Translations under genes and position numbers: made by a program
Shown here: piece after piece, positions 24,707 to 38,499 of the stretch
How the letters are laid out: every line of letters starts with the position of its first letter
Numbering within the stretch: the first letter of the stretch is position 1
Notes under the pieces: model-generated
What the model saw: the letters and a program-made list of their open reading frames with translations, nothing else
Database searches by the model: none
What the model was told of the DNA's origin: nothing
Assembly (NCBI GenBank): GCA_964016885.1
Contig: OZ024741.1
Location: 138,694,001-138,758,000 of the forward strand
Reading direction: 5' to 3'
Length of the DNA: 64,000 nucleotides
From: Eledone cirrhosa
Lineage: Eukaryota

Positions 24707-26609
24707 GTGAATATATATATATATTCATATATTCAATGCAGTTGTAAAAATATGTGCGAACCGTTATATTTAAGTCACATACATACATCAGAATACGATT
24801 GACTAAACGTATGGTCGGCGATTATGTCTGAGTTTATTCTAAACTAAATATTATTTGAATCAATATATTGATGACTAGAAAAAACTTTATTTTAAATACT
24901 GTATTACATGCTTAATAAGAGGAAAGATTGCCGCCTATTTCACTTCTGGTTTATATATATATTTAATAGCTGTTAAACGCAAACACATATAGTGTCCTGT
25001 GCTCCGCATGCTAGCCTTGGTGGCCTAATCGTAACGCTGGCTCTGCTATCATGGTTATGCTGTGTCACCTATTGAATGAATTCAGCGCTTTAATTTAAAG
25101 CAAAAGTTATTTATTAGTTATATTACATTATTGGAGCTCGCAGCTGTCAATATTACCCATTTAATGAAACTACCTTCAGCAAAGTTTACAAGTGATAGCT
25201 AATTAACCTTCACAGTGAACAAACAGATAATATATGATTGGGCTGCCGCATTGGAGTTAATCAATTTTCACCAGATATCAACAACACCAACATTGGAACA
25301 TGTGCAAAATTACATTACTTGATAAACATGGCAACCAAATCTTTCCCTTATTGCACGCTACCGCCTCAACTCTTAAGTTTCTACAGCACATGAATCTACG
25401 TTAGCAAGTTTCCTTGAAAATTATAAAAGAGCACATTGACAATATCAGGTTATAAAGAAATTGCTTTACTATAATACTGAAAATGTTCACAATAATATGT
25501 CAGGTTGTAGAGTTACTATAGCCATTTGAATTAACAAAATAAATCTGAATACCTAACTACGTAACGGGATTTCGACAACCGTTCATATCAACTCCATATT
25601 TTAACCGAAGTAATAAAACGTTTCGATATAAATCAAGTGTAATACTGTTTTACATATATAATCCAATAAGTCTATGTAATTATTGGAGATTGCTTTATAT
25701 GAAACGTCGTATAACCTATCAAGGACTGAAGAAAAATAATCTACAATATATTAAGGAAATCAGCTGTTGATGCAGTAAAATAAGAGGTAAAAGATTAACA
25801 AAGTAAAGGGGAAACGTGCTATACTATCACCTCACAGAAAACAGAAGATTAGTTTCCATATATATCTTTGTGCAACGAAGAAAGAAATTAATTTGACAAA
25901 TAACTCTTACAGGGTTTAAAAAATAAATAAAAAATAAAATCTGGTGGTTTAAATTGCTCCAAAATAGATTTAAAATAGATAATCTAGTATGTTTTACTTT
26001 AAATATATTTTTCTATACGGTTGTCAAGTTTGAGAGACAGATGTATTATTTACAAATGATTATTTATAATTAACTTTATATTGGTAAAGGTGTGCCAACA
26101 ATAAGAACCAAAAATAGCATTGTTAAGATCCAAAAGAAATCTATCTATATCGATGCAGAAAATGAAAATTGAAAAAAAGAAAAGAAAAACGACTATATTT
26201 CTATTATAAATATATTAAACAAATAAAACAATCATCCATGAATATATATAAAAATAATAAAATCAATACACTTCAAACATTGATAAATACATTTATCGAT
26301 AAATTATTTAAACGTTTATAGAATATTGACAGAAAATGAGAATAATTAATTAAATATATTTCCCCTCTCTTGTGATAGGTACAGGTCATTATTTTATAAT
26401 AGATTATGAGTCTAAATTTGTTTACTTCCATTTCAATATATCCATCAGTGGGAGCTGAACATGGAAAAGCAGAACACGAGTGTTTTTAGGGGTCCACAAC
26501 GCTGGCAGGTCATATGTTTTAATAGCTCTAAACACGGTTAATCTCTTCCAGAAATATATAGCGAAAGAAACGGGGAGAGAGAGACATTGTACGTGATATA
26601 GATGGAGAG

Positions 26610-26760
26610 TCGTTTCTAGTACCGAACTCTATTTATCAACCTCGGAAGGATGAAAGGCATATATGACTTCAGCACAATTTCCACTCAGTCCGCATCGACT
26701 CGTTATGAATACGGCCAAGCATTCTAACTTACATTTCTAATGATTCTGTCAATTAGACAC
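26610..26760 (-). mobile_element. decayed tRNA-derived SINE
   Basis: 'atttatcaacctcggaaggatgaaaggca...ctcag...gattctgtcaa'. Confidence 0.6.
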
Positions 26761-27084
26761 CTTATATTTCAATATTTACAACATGTTAGTAATCTTGAAA
26801 GTCAGAATATGGTTTGGTAGTGATTGCCAACGTTATCAAACGCTTATATTATATCTTAGGCCAGGAATTGGCGAAGGGATGGAAAAGCACCTTCAATTAC
26901 ACTAAATATACAGCATTGCATGTATTTGGATTTAGAAACCTCGATTATACGCTGAACAAAATTATAATGTTCAACATCAAACATTATAATTTCCAATAAC
27001 AACCTACAAAATCAGAATGTGTACAATGCATAACTATAATTTTCTCGTCGCCTGGCTTAGCATATGCCTAGATATCTGAATGTT

Positions 27085-27133
<49 letters not shown>

Positions 27134-28029
27134 ATACTTGAGAGTGTAAAATATGTAACAATTTCTTAATATATAAATATATATGAATTTCAGTGTATGT
27201 GTTTGAGCATATATAAGTGGGATTTTATGGGGAAGGGATGCGTTGAGCGCAGCTGTGCGTGTGTGTTCGTATGTTTCTTGGGGCATCTATAAGCTGATGT
27301 TGCCAAACAAAGTAAGAGTAGCCAAATTTAACAAAAAGCCTTTCTTCGCATTTTCAAAAGGCCTGTGTAGAAGTTTTTCCTTTTCATTTTTGGGTTACCA
27401 TTAAACATATTCCAAAGAATACATGACTAATATGGTATTGTCTGCTGAACTTTACGCCTGGGTGGGTATATGTATGTATTAGGTTGTGTATGCGTGAGGC
27501 TTTACGTGCGATCGTGTGTATGTGTGTGTGTGAGTGTTTATATGTCTTAGGGGTGTGTTTTGGTTTGTGTAACTAAGAAAACCATAGCAAATGGTTGATA
27601 GGGTTAGAGAGTGTGTATGTTTCTGTGTGTGTGAGAGAGAGAGAGACAGGCAAAAGAAGGCTCTTTGTCTATATGCTTTACAATTGGCATGGCATATATT
27701 CAAATTGAATGAACAGCAAGAATTGTAAGATTATTTTATAGTGTTCTGGAAGACTATAGGACAGTAAAATAAACAAAAAGCAAACCAGAAAATATGTATA
27801 TATTTTCGTAACAAATCTTATGTAAGGTAAAGCACTGTTTTTCAATATTAAGAGATTTGTATTCAACATGAATATATCAATATTTTCATCAATACCTGAT
27901 AATAAATGAACAAGAAAACAGTTCACAACAGCTAGATAGTCTAGTGCATAGCCAGTGTATTTACAGAGACAAGAAATAAGACTATAGGATCAATATATAT
28001 ATAGTTTATATGTTCATTAAACCAATCTA

Positions 28030-29085
28030 TAGTATATATATAGTAATAATATTAAATTTGAAGACTAAAATCCAAAGAGGGCTCGATAAGGATAAATATA
28101 TATCAAATATATAAGAACCGTAGAGCAAATATTTGTTAAAATAACAGATTAAAGAATCGCTGATTTATGTTTTGTGAAGATACGTATACTTTCTCGTACG
28201 TATATTTGATTGTATACGTTATTGCGTATAATTGTTTATATATTCTGGTACTTATGGTTTGGTTATGTGTATACGGGAGTTTTGCGTCTGTGTGAGTATG
28301 CAGGTTCGTACGTATGTAGGGTGTGTGTATATGTGTACTTCATGTTTTGGTTGACATACGTCTCCGAACATTTGTGTATTTATATGTAGGTATGTGTGTG
28401 CGCTTGTTATATACGTATTTATTCATTTATTTACGTTTATTTAATTATTTATTTATTTGTATACACGCACACACAGACGCACATATTTATATGTGCGTGG
28501 TTCTGTATACCTATGGCAAGTGTTTTCGGGTATGCTTGCGTATGCTTGTGTATTGGCATGCGTGTATGTATTTATTTAATTTCTATTACCTCTGTATAGT
28601 ATTTTATTTACTTTATTCTTAACTCTGAAGCGGAGATTCATTCGGTTTCCTAGTTAGAATTTTAGTCTACGACTTCAGCTATACCATTTACGTGGTTTTG
28701 TCTTTGCGTGCAATTGTTCTCTACGCTCCACATATGACGTATTATTTTCATTTGTTCCGTTCATTGCCAGAGAACGTCTCTATGAATCACCTAGGAGAAC
28801 ATTAGTCTACGACTTCTTTTATACCATAAACGTGGTTCTGTTTTGCGCGTAATTGTTTTTCACCGCTCCTATTAATGACGTATTATATTCATTTTTTCCC
28901 GTTCTTTGCCAGGGAACGTTTAAACGAACCAAAGTATCGTCTTCCTGTCTTCCTCCGGTTGCAACGTTTTTTGAAATATCAACTTCTGCGTTTACAGATT
29001 GACTTTGTTAGTTTCAGAAGATCCCGTTAAGGGTGAAAGCAGCGATTCTTTGCTTAAACTTTAATCTATACTTTTAATAAGTATA
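28030..29085 (+). mobile_element. non-coding PLE-type element with an inverted 5' end, a 140-bp tandem duplication and a hammerhead at the 3' end
   Basis: The left end is an inverted copy of the right-end sequence; units start at 28662 and 28802; HHR-like at 29010-29060. Confidence 0.6.
29010..29060 (+). ncRNA. type I hammerhead-like motif with CAGAAGA core
   Basis: agttt-CAGAAGA-tcccgttaagggt-GAAA-gca[9]tgc-TT-aaact; stems I, II and III all pair. Confidence 0.6.
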
Positions 29086-29149
29086 TATATATATGCCGTC
29101 GGGGTCATACTTTTTCCTATATATATACATATATTTGTTTTGCGAGATT

Positions 29150-29798
29150 TTTCGTATGAAATCGTGTGTCGAAACAAATATTGTTATCTTTGTTGTAATA
29201 ATATTGCCAGAAATAATAACAGAACACACTCACTGTTTGGTTGGTTTTCGCTTCTGTATCTTTTATATCTCCACAGTTAATTCATTTGGTCCTCAATGTT
29301 TATCATTGACTGACCAACGGTCAAAAGTACAGATATAATATAGATTTAAACACATATATATAGTCTAACAAAGTTCTTTCGTTGCGCATCTGCAACATCA
29401 TCAGTGGTACTATTATGTTCCTCCTGTTGTATTGCATATCTACGAATTTTTTATTTTATCTGTGTGACCCAACAGAAATGGAAAGACACATCCAACACTT
29501 CATCAACCGCATGCAGTTCTCTGGCTACAACCAAAGAGACATAATCAGAGTATACAAAGGGGCCATGGAGAAGGATAAGACACTCAAAGGACTGGACATG
29601 AAAGGAATTTGCTCATTATACAGGAGCAAATCATGGAATAGCTTAGATAGGACTAAACATAAGATAGGGAAAGCCACCTCATTGTACGGCAACCAGAGAA
29701 ACCAGTGTATCATATTCGTGGATGCTACCCCTGGAGGGAAATTAGCTAACCTGTGTAGAAAGGTTCTGTGTTTGCTGTTATTGTGCTTATGTATGTAT

Positions 29799-29829
<31 letters not shown>

Positions 29830-30530
29830 TACTTCTATTAGGTCAGTGTTGTTTGTTTGGGTGTTGTTGTTATTCCTTTCATTTTTTCTGTTTAGCCTTG
29901 GCCTTTTAAGTTCTATTTCGCTGGCCTCTTTGATTTGCCTATCTGCTGGGTCATTTCTATGTTTAGATATTATTCTAATTTCTATGTTGTCTAAGTTACC
30001 ATCGTGTTGTTGTCTGGCATGTTCGTTTAGTACTGAAGACCTAAGATAAGTATTAATAAATAAATAAATAAATAAATAAATACATACACAAGCACAATAA
30101 CAACAAACACATATAAACACACACTAGTAAACTAAGATAGAATACAATAACCAATACACAGTTACCCAAACACGAACACACACCAAACAAAACACTATAC
30201 ACACACGCAAACGTATGCGCAGAGAAGACAAAAAAATAAACAAATAAATAAATAAATAAACAGACAAAATAAAGATGATGTAAGCATACAATACAACGGG
30301 AGGAAACATAATAACACCACTGAAGATGTTGCAGATGTGCAACGAAATAACTTTGTTAGACTATATATGTGTTTGTGTCTATATTGTATGTGTATTTTTG
30401 AACGTTGGTCAGTCAATGGTAACATTGAGGACATAATACATTAAATTAACCGATATAAAAGACACAGAAGCGAAAACCAACCACACAGTAAGTGTGTTCT
30501 GTTATTAATTCTGGCAATATTATTACACAA
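29150..30530. mobile_element. Penelope-like element relic with multiple inversions
   Basis: Minus pLTR (29150-29460); plus coding 'HFINRMQFSGY...IFVDATPGGKLA'; minus GIY-YIG C-terminus 'SKHRNDPADRQIKEASEI...PRLNRKNE'; plus pLTR (30050-30530). Same family as 47587-48345. Confidence 0.75.
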
Positions 30531-30812
30531 ATATGACCCTCCCCAAGTATAACAATATATATATATACATATATATATAAATATAATAAGAACGACAAGG
30601 TATTAGATGACATTCATTGAGGTGTGACAGGCGTTTCAGAATTGCTCAGCTCAAGGCACAATCTATTGAATCGTGCCCGAATCTTGAAACAAAAGCTCGT
30701 CCTACTTCAGTTAGGGTAATATATATATAGAGAATAACTTATAGAAGGTTACCGATTGGTCGATACTCAGTAAAGCAACCTAAAACAAGAAATCAGCTTT
30801 CCACAACTTTTT

Positions 30813-30905
30813 CCTTTACTGCAGTTTCGAGTATCAAGATACAACGTTTAATATCTCAATGAATTAAAGCAGGCAACATTAGAAGAAGGTAATCACATCA
30901 GATGG
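30813..30905 (-). ncRNA. decayed hammerhead ribozyme with long stem II
   Basis: ccat-CTGATGT-gatta...tactc-GAAACTGCAG-TA-aagg; palindromic stem III. Confidence 0.4.
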
Positions 30906-31268
30906 TTTTTTTTTACTGATAGTGCGTGGGGTATAAAATTATATACATGCGTATATCAATCAGATAAGTAAATATTTGTATATCATGGACAATGTGACGT
31001 ACTTAATAAATAATATATATATAGTCGTCGCAATGCAGACAACTATAATAATTGTTGATATTTGATGAACAAATCAGATGAAATACGCCAGGGGACAAAC
31101 AATTATGAAGAAAGATATGTGTATAAAATATATACACGATCGAGATTTTACATATCTCTCTCACTCTCCTCTCTCTCTCTGTCTCTCTGTCTCTCCCTCT
31201 CTACACACGCACACATACACGCAAACACATACACACACACACACACACGCACACACACGCACACACAC

Positions 31269-31359
<91 letters not shown>

Positions 31360-31497
31360 TATACATACTTTATCTTTCTGGATACTGTCGTTTATGCATA
31401 TGCGCGTATGAACGAATAATTACATTCACCTCTACCTCTATCTCAAATAAATTACCTTCCAAGCTTTCCTTCAACATGCATGGTATTTTTTTCTCTT

Positions 31498-31550
<53 letters not shown>

Positions 31551-31740
31551 TTGTGTGAGAAAAACCAGAAACCCACCATCTCAATTCTACTTTTGAAAAG
31601 CAAACCCGTATAGGTACCAAATAAATATATATTTAAAAAAAAAAGACTCCAGTTTTTTTTTCGATTTCATCTTTTTTCCTTATACATTCACTCGTGTAGG
31701 ACACCTCGGTCTTTTTTAATTTTGTAAAAAAACCTCACTT

Positions 31741-31779
<39 letters not shown>

Positions 31780-32449
31780 ATTTAACATGACTTCTAACAT
31801 CGGACTAATCAGCTTCCACATCGTTTATTATATATAACAGGAATATATTTTAAAATGTAAAATATTTATGGAAAGGTTGACGCTAGATATCGAGTAAATT
31901 AAAATGATCATATATGAAAATTGATACTCTGCCCACAGGAAACATTTGATGGTGCTTAAAACGAATCACAGTTTCAATTCTTAACATAGCTTTGATATAA
32001 AGTTCGATAAGTACGTCCAATTTAATATATTGGAATAGGTTAAGCACAATCCGAAGGGACAGAGTATAGATAATTGCTTCCGAAATATTCGAAATCCGTG
32101 GGGAAGCAACAAGACCGTGCGAAATAACGTGAAATGAAGTGCAACGTTTAAAACTACAGATCAAACAATATTTGAAAGGATCTGTAGAAATTCTTTAGAA
32201 ATTAATTGGCTAGTTGAATAATTAATCGCAACAGTAATTGATCGATTGCTGATATTTCCCAAACCTGAATATTAATCAGATGTGTTGGAAATCGCTATGG
32301 GATAATTCAAACACCAAGTATTTTTATTGTAGTAATAGCGTAATTGTGTAATAGCGTAATGCACTAAAGGTTCAATGTGACTAATAGATTTGCTTAAGAG
32401 TTTTGATTCTGATGGGTCTGGTACAACGGAATACCTTGAAGCATAAATC

Positions 32450-32646
32450 TAATAATAAAGAAGAAGAAGAAGAAGAAGAAGAAGAAGAAGAAGAAGAAGA
32501 AGAAGAAGAAGAAGAAGACGTAGGAAAGCAAAAAATGAATAAGGAAAATAGAAGCGAATAGAAGAGAAAATAATCTTATTAAAATCAAGGAAAGTAATAC
32601 TAATAATAATAATAATAAAAATAATAATAAAGAAGAAGACGAAGAA

Positions 32647-32681
<35 letters not shown>

Positions 32682-32770
32682 AGAAGAAGAAGAAGAAGAA
32701 GAAGAAGAAGAAGAAGAAGAAGAAGAAGAAGAAGAAGAAGAAGAAGAAGAAGAAGAAGAAGAAGAAGAAA

Positions 32771-32812
<42 letters not shown>
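32450..32812. repeat. (GAA)n/(TAA)n compound microsatellite
   Basis: Seen directly. Confidence 0.95.
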
Positions 32813-32813
<1 letters not shown>

Positions 32814-32815
32814 TA

Positions 32816-33318
32816 CCACATTCTGAGAAATGGTATGAGCATAGGCCAAAGGTCGTGATGGAGAACAATCAGATGAAGGTGCTGTGGGATTTTAGGATAC
32901 AGACGGACAAAAAACTGGAACACAATAGACCTGACCTGGTGGTTGTGGACAAAGAAAAAAGATCGTGTCTGATTGTGGATGTGGCCTGCCCGTTCGACAC
33001 GAGAGTGCAAGAGAAGGAGAGGGAGAAAATTAACCGATACCAGGACTTAAAGTGGGAGGTGAAAAGGATTTGGAACTGCCATGAAGTCAAAGTGATCCCG
33101 ATTGTCATAGGCGCACTGGGGACTATCTCCAAAAGTTTCCAGGGATGGTTAAAGAAAATCGGCCCCTTCACGCTTTTTGGAACGCTTCAAAAGGCATGCT
33201 TGCTTGGAACAGCAAGAACGCTCCGATACGTCCTGAATATCTGAGGCTGCAGGTAGTGGCTTGATATTCAATCCAACGGACTTTCCAGTTAACCAACATC
33301 AATGACTGAGATTCAAGG
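32816..33318 (+). mobile_element. R4/Dong-like LINE 3' fragment (restriction-like endonuclease domain) in (TAA)n
   Basis: KVLWDFRIQTDKKLEHNRPDLVVVD...IVDVACPFD...EKINRYQDL (PD..D RLE); closely matches 56912-57415; (TAA)n on both sides. Confidence 0.9.
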
Positions 33319-33340
33319 AATAACAATAATAATAATAATC

Positions 33341-33426
<86 letters not shown>

Positions 33427-34047
33427 AAGAAGAAGAAGAAAACAACAACAGCAACAATAACAAGGAGAACAACAACAAGTACAAGAAGAAGAAGAATTAC
33501 GAGAACAAGAAGAAGGGGAATAGGAAGAGAATGAAAAGTAGAAGTAAAAGAGCGATAAGACGACGAAGGAGTTGTATGTGAATATAATACTGATAAATAT
33601 GATCATCAATGTGTCCATGTTAGTGTTCCAGATAATTGTCATTGTAGTTCCTCTCTTCACTATAATGTCCTACAATAACCAGGAAAATAATTAATTAATT
33701 ACACAATGGAGATGTGATGAATAAAAATCTTTAAATTCTCAGAGTTATTACCATAATTAAACGCTATTCATTTCTCAAGTTACTCCATTAAGTAGCTGGA
33801 CTATAAGATGATCGAGACTAAATATTACACAGAACACTGTTTAATATCTTATATGTTAAAGCGCTTGCAATATGTTAGATACTTACGACAATCTATCCAC
33901 ATATGTGCACTTAACTTCTGATGGACTCATTGCATTTAAACCAGACAGAGCCATTCTCTGCATGTCTAACACTGGGAGGGAAATAGTGAGACACACACAA
34001 ACACACAGACATCTCTCTTTCTCTCTCTCCTGGTCTATCACTTTCTT

Positions 34048-34081
<34 letters not shown>

Positions 34082-34341
34082 ATCGAGACATCTTCTTGTA
34101 TCTCTACCAAAGCACAGCCAACGTATCTGCTATTAACTAAATTATTGCACTCTGGAAAGATGATTGCAGCCGCAATACTGCAATTCGGCAGATTCATTGA
34201 GTGAGCTAGGGGCTGGACGGAGGACGTGGAATTAATACCAGTGATTTTCGCTACTTTTATTATATATAATAAAAGTAACGAAAATCACTGCTTTTATAGT
34301 GCTCTACCACTACGGATATTACCTTCCAGTGTTCTACCACA

Positions 34342-34416
<75 letters not shown>

Positions 34417-34461
34417 GATAGAGAGATAGAGAGAGGGAGAGTGAGAGATAGAGAGAGAGAT

Positions 34462-34534
<73 letters not shown>

Positions 34535-34904
34535 CATTTAGGTTCAGTGTTTTTGATACGTTTCTCTATTATATAAATTGATATTTGACTATAATTGAAA
34601 TAACAATAAACACGTAATCAAGCTATTTTCACTAAATATTTCATGTTTTGATTGAAAATCTCCAACTCACCACTCAATAATTTGGAATTATTTCTATTGG
34701 GATTGCCTAAACTGAATTTTAATTAAGTAACATATTTGAAAATATGTTAGTAAAAATCTATAAACATTTATATACGAATACACATTTTTGTAGGTGTATT
34801 GTTACATTTGAAACATATCTTAGTATGCTCGTCAATGAAGAAAATAGTACATATAGCATATAAATCACCATTTTCGAAAAATAAAAAAAAAACAATTAAA
34901 AACA

Positions 34905-35091
34905 TATGTATGTGAATTTCGTATATCTAAATGTATTCGGTATGTTTAAGAAATAAACACTGTGAAAGCCTCAGCTATGAATAGAGAACTGGTGGTCTGC
35001 GCCTAGGTCTTCTTTTCATAGCTGAGGCTTTCAAAATGTTTATTTATTAAACAGACGGTATATCTTTAGATATAAGAAATTCACATACATA
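34905..35091. repeat. imperfect inverted repeat, ~77-bp arms
   Basis: tatgtatgtgaatttc...tgaaagcctcagctatgaa / ttcatagctgaggctttca...gaaattcacatacata. Confidence 0.85.
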
Positions 35092-35749
35092 ATTGTATAC
35101 AGCTATATCGAAGCTAAATTCTAATTCAATTAAAATAATATTTTCAGTCTGGTTTAAAAAAGAATCGACCCCTGTACTGCACTGTTCCTTTATTTATCGA
35201 GTCACACCCGACATACTATCTAACATTCTAACAATTTTTCCAATTCTCTATCTCCATATCCCCATCCAATACCGCTCCACGTGTCTTCCTTTGTACTTTT
35301 ATTAAAATACTGATGTTATTGTAATTATATGGTTCTTCGGAAATTAATAGATTTTAATGCATATGATTCAATGTAGTAACTCCCAAAGCTTATTAATTTA
35401 ATATCAATTTAGAAATTTAGAAAGTTTCATTAAGTGAGAGTTATTCAATGTATTTATTACTTGTGTTTTTCATTTGTAGACATGAAATACACAATATAAC
35501 CAATATTTGTCTTGTGTTGATAACATTATTCCATATTGTAAGGTACATTCACGTTCATAAATGTCACACTTTATTTTGTATGCATTATTTATCGATTATG
35601 TTCTGTTTAAATTTCATTAACTGAAAGATACACTGTTATAATGAATTATTGAAAGTGACACATTTAACACCTTTCCTTATAAAATTACGTAACACCTCAT
35701 TATGAAGGACAAGAAATTATTAATTATGTGAAACATCTGACGTGAAATA

Positions 35750-36330
35750 GTAAATGAGAGGAAAATATGTGACTACAAATGCAGAAATAATTGTAACAAA
35801 TTCGATCTCTATAACCCATATCTTTATAAAAACCTGGTAAAATACGCGTACAAACGGAAACAATGTATCCAATAGCCGCTACGGAGAAACCAAATTCGTA
35901 TCTCTCGTATACCGATAAGGGGATCTTAGAAGAAATTGCCTGAAATGGTAGGTATTCTGGTGAAAAACGTGCGGCAAGAGCTAGATATGAAGAAATATTA
36001 AGAAATATCGAAGCGCCAGAAGGATTATAAATTTGAAAATTTGGAGGTCTAAACGCAGATAATAACAGAAACCAGAGTGGATATTTATAACTGATACATA
36101 AGTAATTCGAGGAAAATATCCCTAGGGACAGACAAAGATTTTCCACCGAACTGAATTCTGCTTCTCAAGAATACCGACTGAGTGTATAAGTTATTACATT
36201 GATGGGCACATGAGGATAAATACCGGCCGTATACTAGCCACTTATGTTGCAAGCAGGATGACGCACTCCACGTCGTTAGTATGTATCTAGCATTGAGGCC
36301 ATGGCACATATGTCTTGACCAAATGGAGTA
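35750..36330 (+). pseudogene. possible very degraded R4/Dong-like LINE C-terminal relic
   Basis: Fragments such as 'ASQE...SYYIDG..EDKYR' resemble the AAQEQ...CR region of R4/Dong ORFs; weak. Confidence 0.3.
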
Positions 36331-37485
36331 TATCATTCTTTAGTACTAAACAGAGCCGAAGTCCACCAGAGAAGGAGTGAGCCAGCGAGCGATAGACATA
36401 AAGAGAGAAAGAAATATAGAGTTTGAATGTGCTCCAGTAATGAACTGTTACTTATTTATCGATCGCTGTGGAATTTGAAGCGAGTGTGCAGATACTTGGA
36501 CCGAATATATCGCAGCAGTTTTATCCAACGTTGAATCGACTTTTTTAACTTAACAATTCGGCTATAATTTAATTGATTCTTTGATATCTACATACACTTG
36601 CAAACAAATGCGAAACAAATAACAATACCATACAAATTACTAGTACATAAGTTACAATACAGTAGAAAACGCCAACGTATTATATTACACTAAATTACAC
36701 TAGGATCACATTCATATATAAAAGGTAGAAAACTACAAACAAAAAGATAACAGAAGTAATATCAATAGGAAATATAGTAATAATATTGTGTAATTCAAAA
36801 CGCAATCGATTTAGTTGATGTTCAAAGCATTACTGCTACTAATTGATTTGTTAATATATCTATATATGTTTCATTAGAATATTTAGCTGCTCGTTACAAT
36901 CACTTACTGAATATCTGAATTACAGTTGAACAATTACCATTGATGAGTACATCTAACAGAGATGTTTACACACACACATACACACACACACACACATACA
37001 CACGCACCCCCCCCCACACACATATATATATATATGAGTGTGCGTGTGTGTGTATACATGTGTATGTGTAGTAATGTGTATTTTTTTCAAAACTGGTATG
37101 ACATTAGTATAACATTCATATAAATATCGATATAATTACATGATAGGTGCTGCTATTGATTAAATCGGGTTACTCAACATTATATATTGATGGAGTTTAT
37201 AAAAGAATACCATGCAAAATTTACCATCTCATTTAACGCAACACTCACCCGCTTTTAATTTTCGAACGTAATTAGCTACTAAAGTCTCTCACTTTCTCTC
37301 ATTCAATACATACACACACACAATCACACATGCACGTAGATAGATATATGCATTTATGTGGCAATGTGTGTATATGAAATCTTCACCTAGAGGCAAAAGG
37401 AGCTGGCTCGTCTCCTGAGCGGGTGGAGGAACATACTTTACTTTGTGAAGTTGCGACAAGCAGATAATATAAGCGATGGAATAAT

Positions 37486-37700
37486 GGTTTCTTATAAAGG
37501 CACAAGAGCAGCAATTTTGGGGGATGGGAAAGTCGATTAAATCGATCCCAGTGCGTGACTGGTACTTTCCTTTATCCACCCCGTAAGGATGAAAGGCAAA
37601 GGCAACTTCGGCGGGATTTGAACTCAGATCATAAGGGGCGTAACTCTATGCTGTAAAGCATGGCGTCCGACACTCTACCGATACTGCCAATCCACCGCCC
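37486..37700 (-). mobile_element. tRNA-derived SINE with an ~18-bp imperfect TSD
   Basis: tataagcgatggaataat (37468-37485) vs tatcagcgatgaaataat (37701-37718). Confidence 0.9.
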
Positions 37701-38007
37701 TATCAGCGATGAAATAATAAACGGAAACTCCTTCTTAAATCGGATCTGAGGATCGAATTCTTTCCTTTTTACTGCTTGTACTTTGTTTTTTGTCATTCAC
37801 ATTTATCAGGAATTGAGCGGCACACGACCTGCTCCTCAAACTGGCATTACATTTGATGTACACCCCAATGTTCGAAACTGCATTTGTCAGTAGACGTTAT
37901 GAAGGTGTCGGCTATTTCAACTCAACTGATATTCAAACGGCTCCCTAATGAAAGCAGAACATCTGGTTCATCTGTACGTCCACACTACTTGATAATAAAT
38001 GTTGCTG

Positions 38008-38080
<73 letters not shown>

Positions 38081-38344
38081 ATGTGTGTGTGTGTGTGTGT
38101 GTGTACGTAAAATTAATAACAAAAATAACTAAACAATCGGCAGAGAATATGGAAGAAATATATTAGCTTAACGCTTAAAATAACAGGCAGAGAGTCTTAA
38201 AATTTCGAACGCTAGTCCTTCATTAATTCTATATAGTGAGTTTTGTTACTGGATTCAATATTTAGTTTAATAAAAAGGAATATTAAAACTCTAATTCAAT
38301 AGTGAGTACTCTTTTCTGTAAGTCGTCAATCACGTACGTACGCA

Positions 38345-38423
<79 letters not shown>

Positions 38424-38499
38424 GAAAATAGGGAGAAAAAGACGATTATTAGGAAGAAACATTTTTTTTTTCTCTTATTTTCTGGGTTAGAAAATGTTT

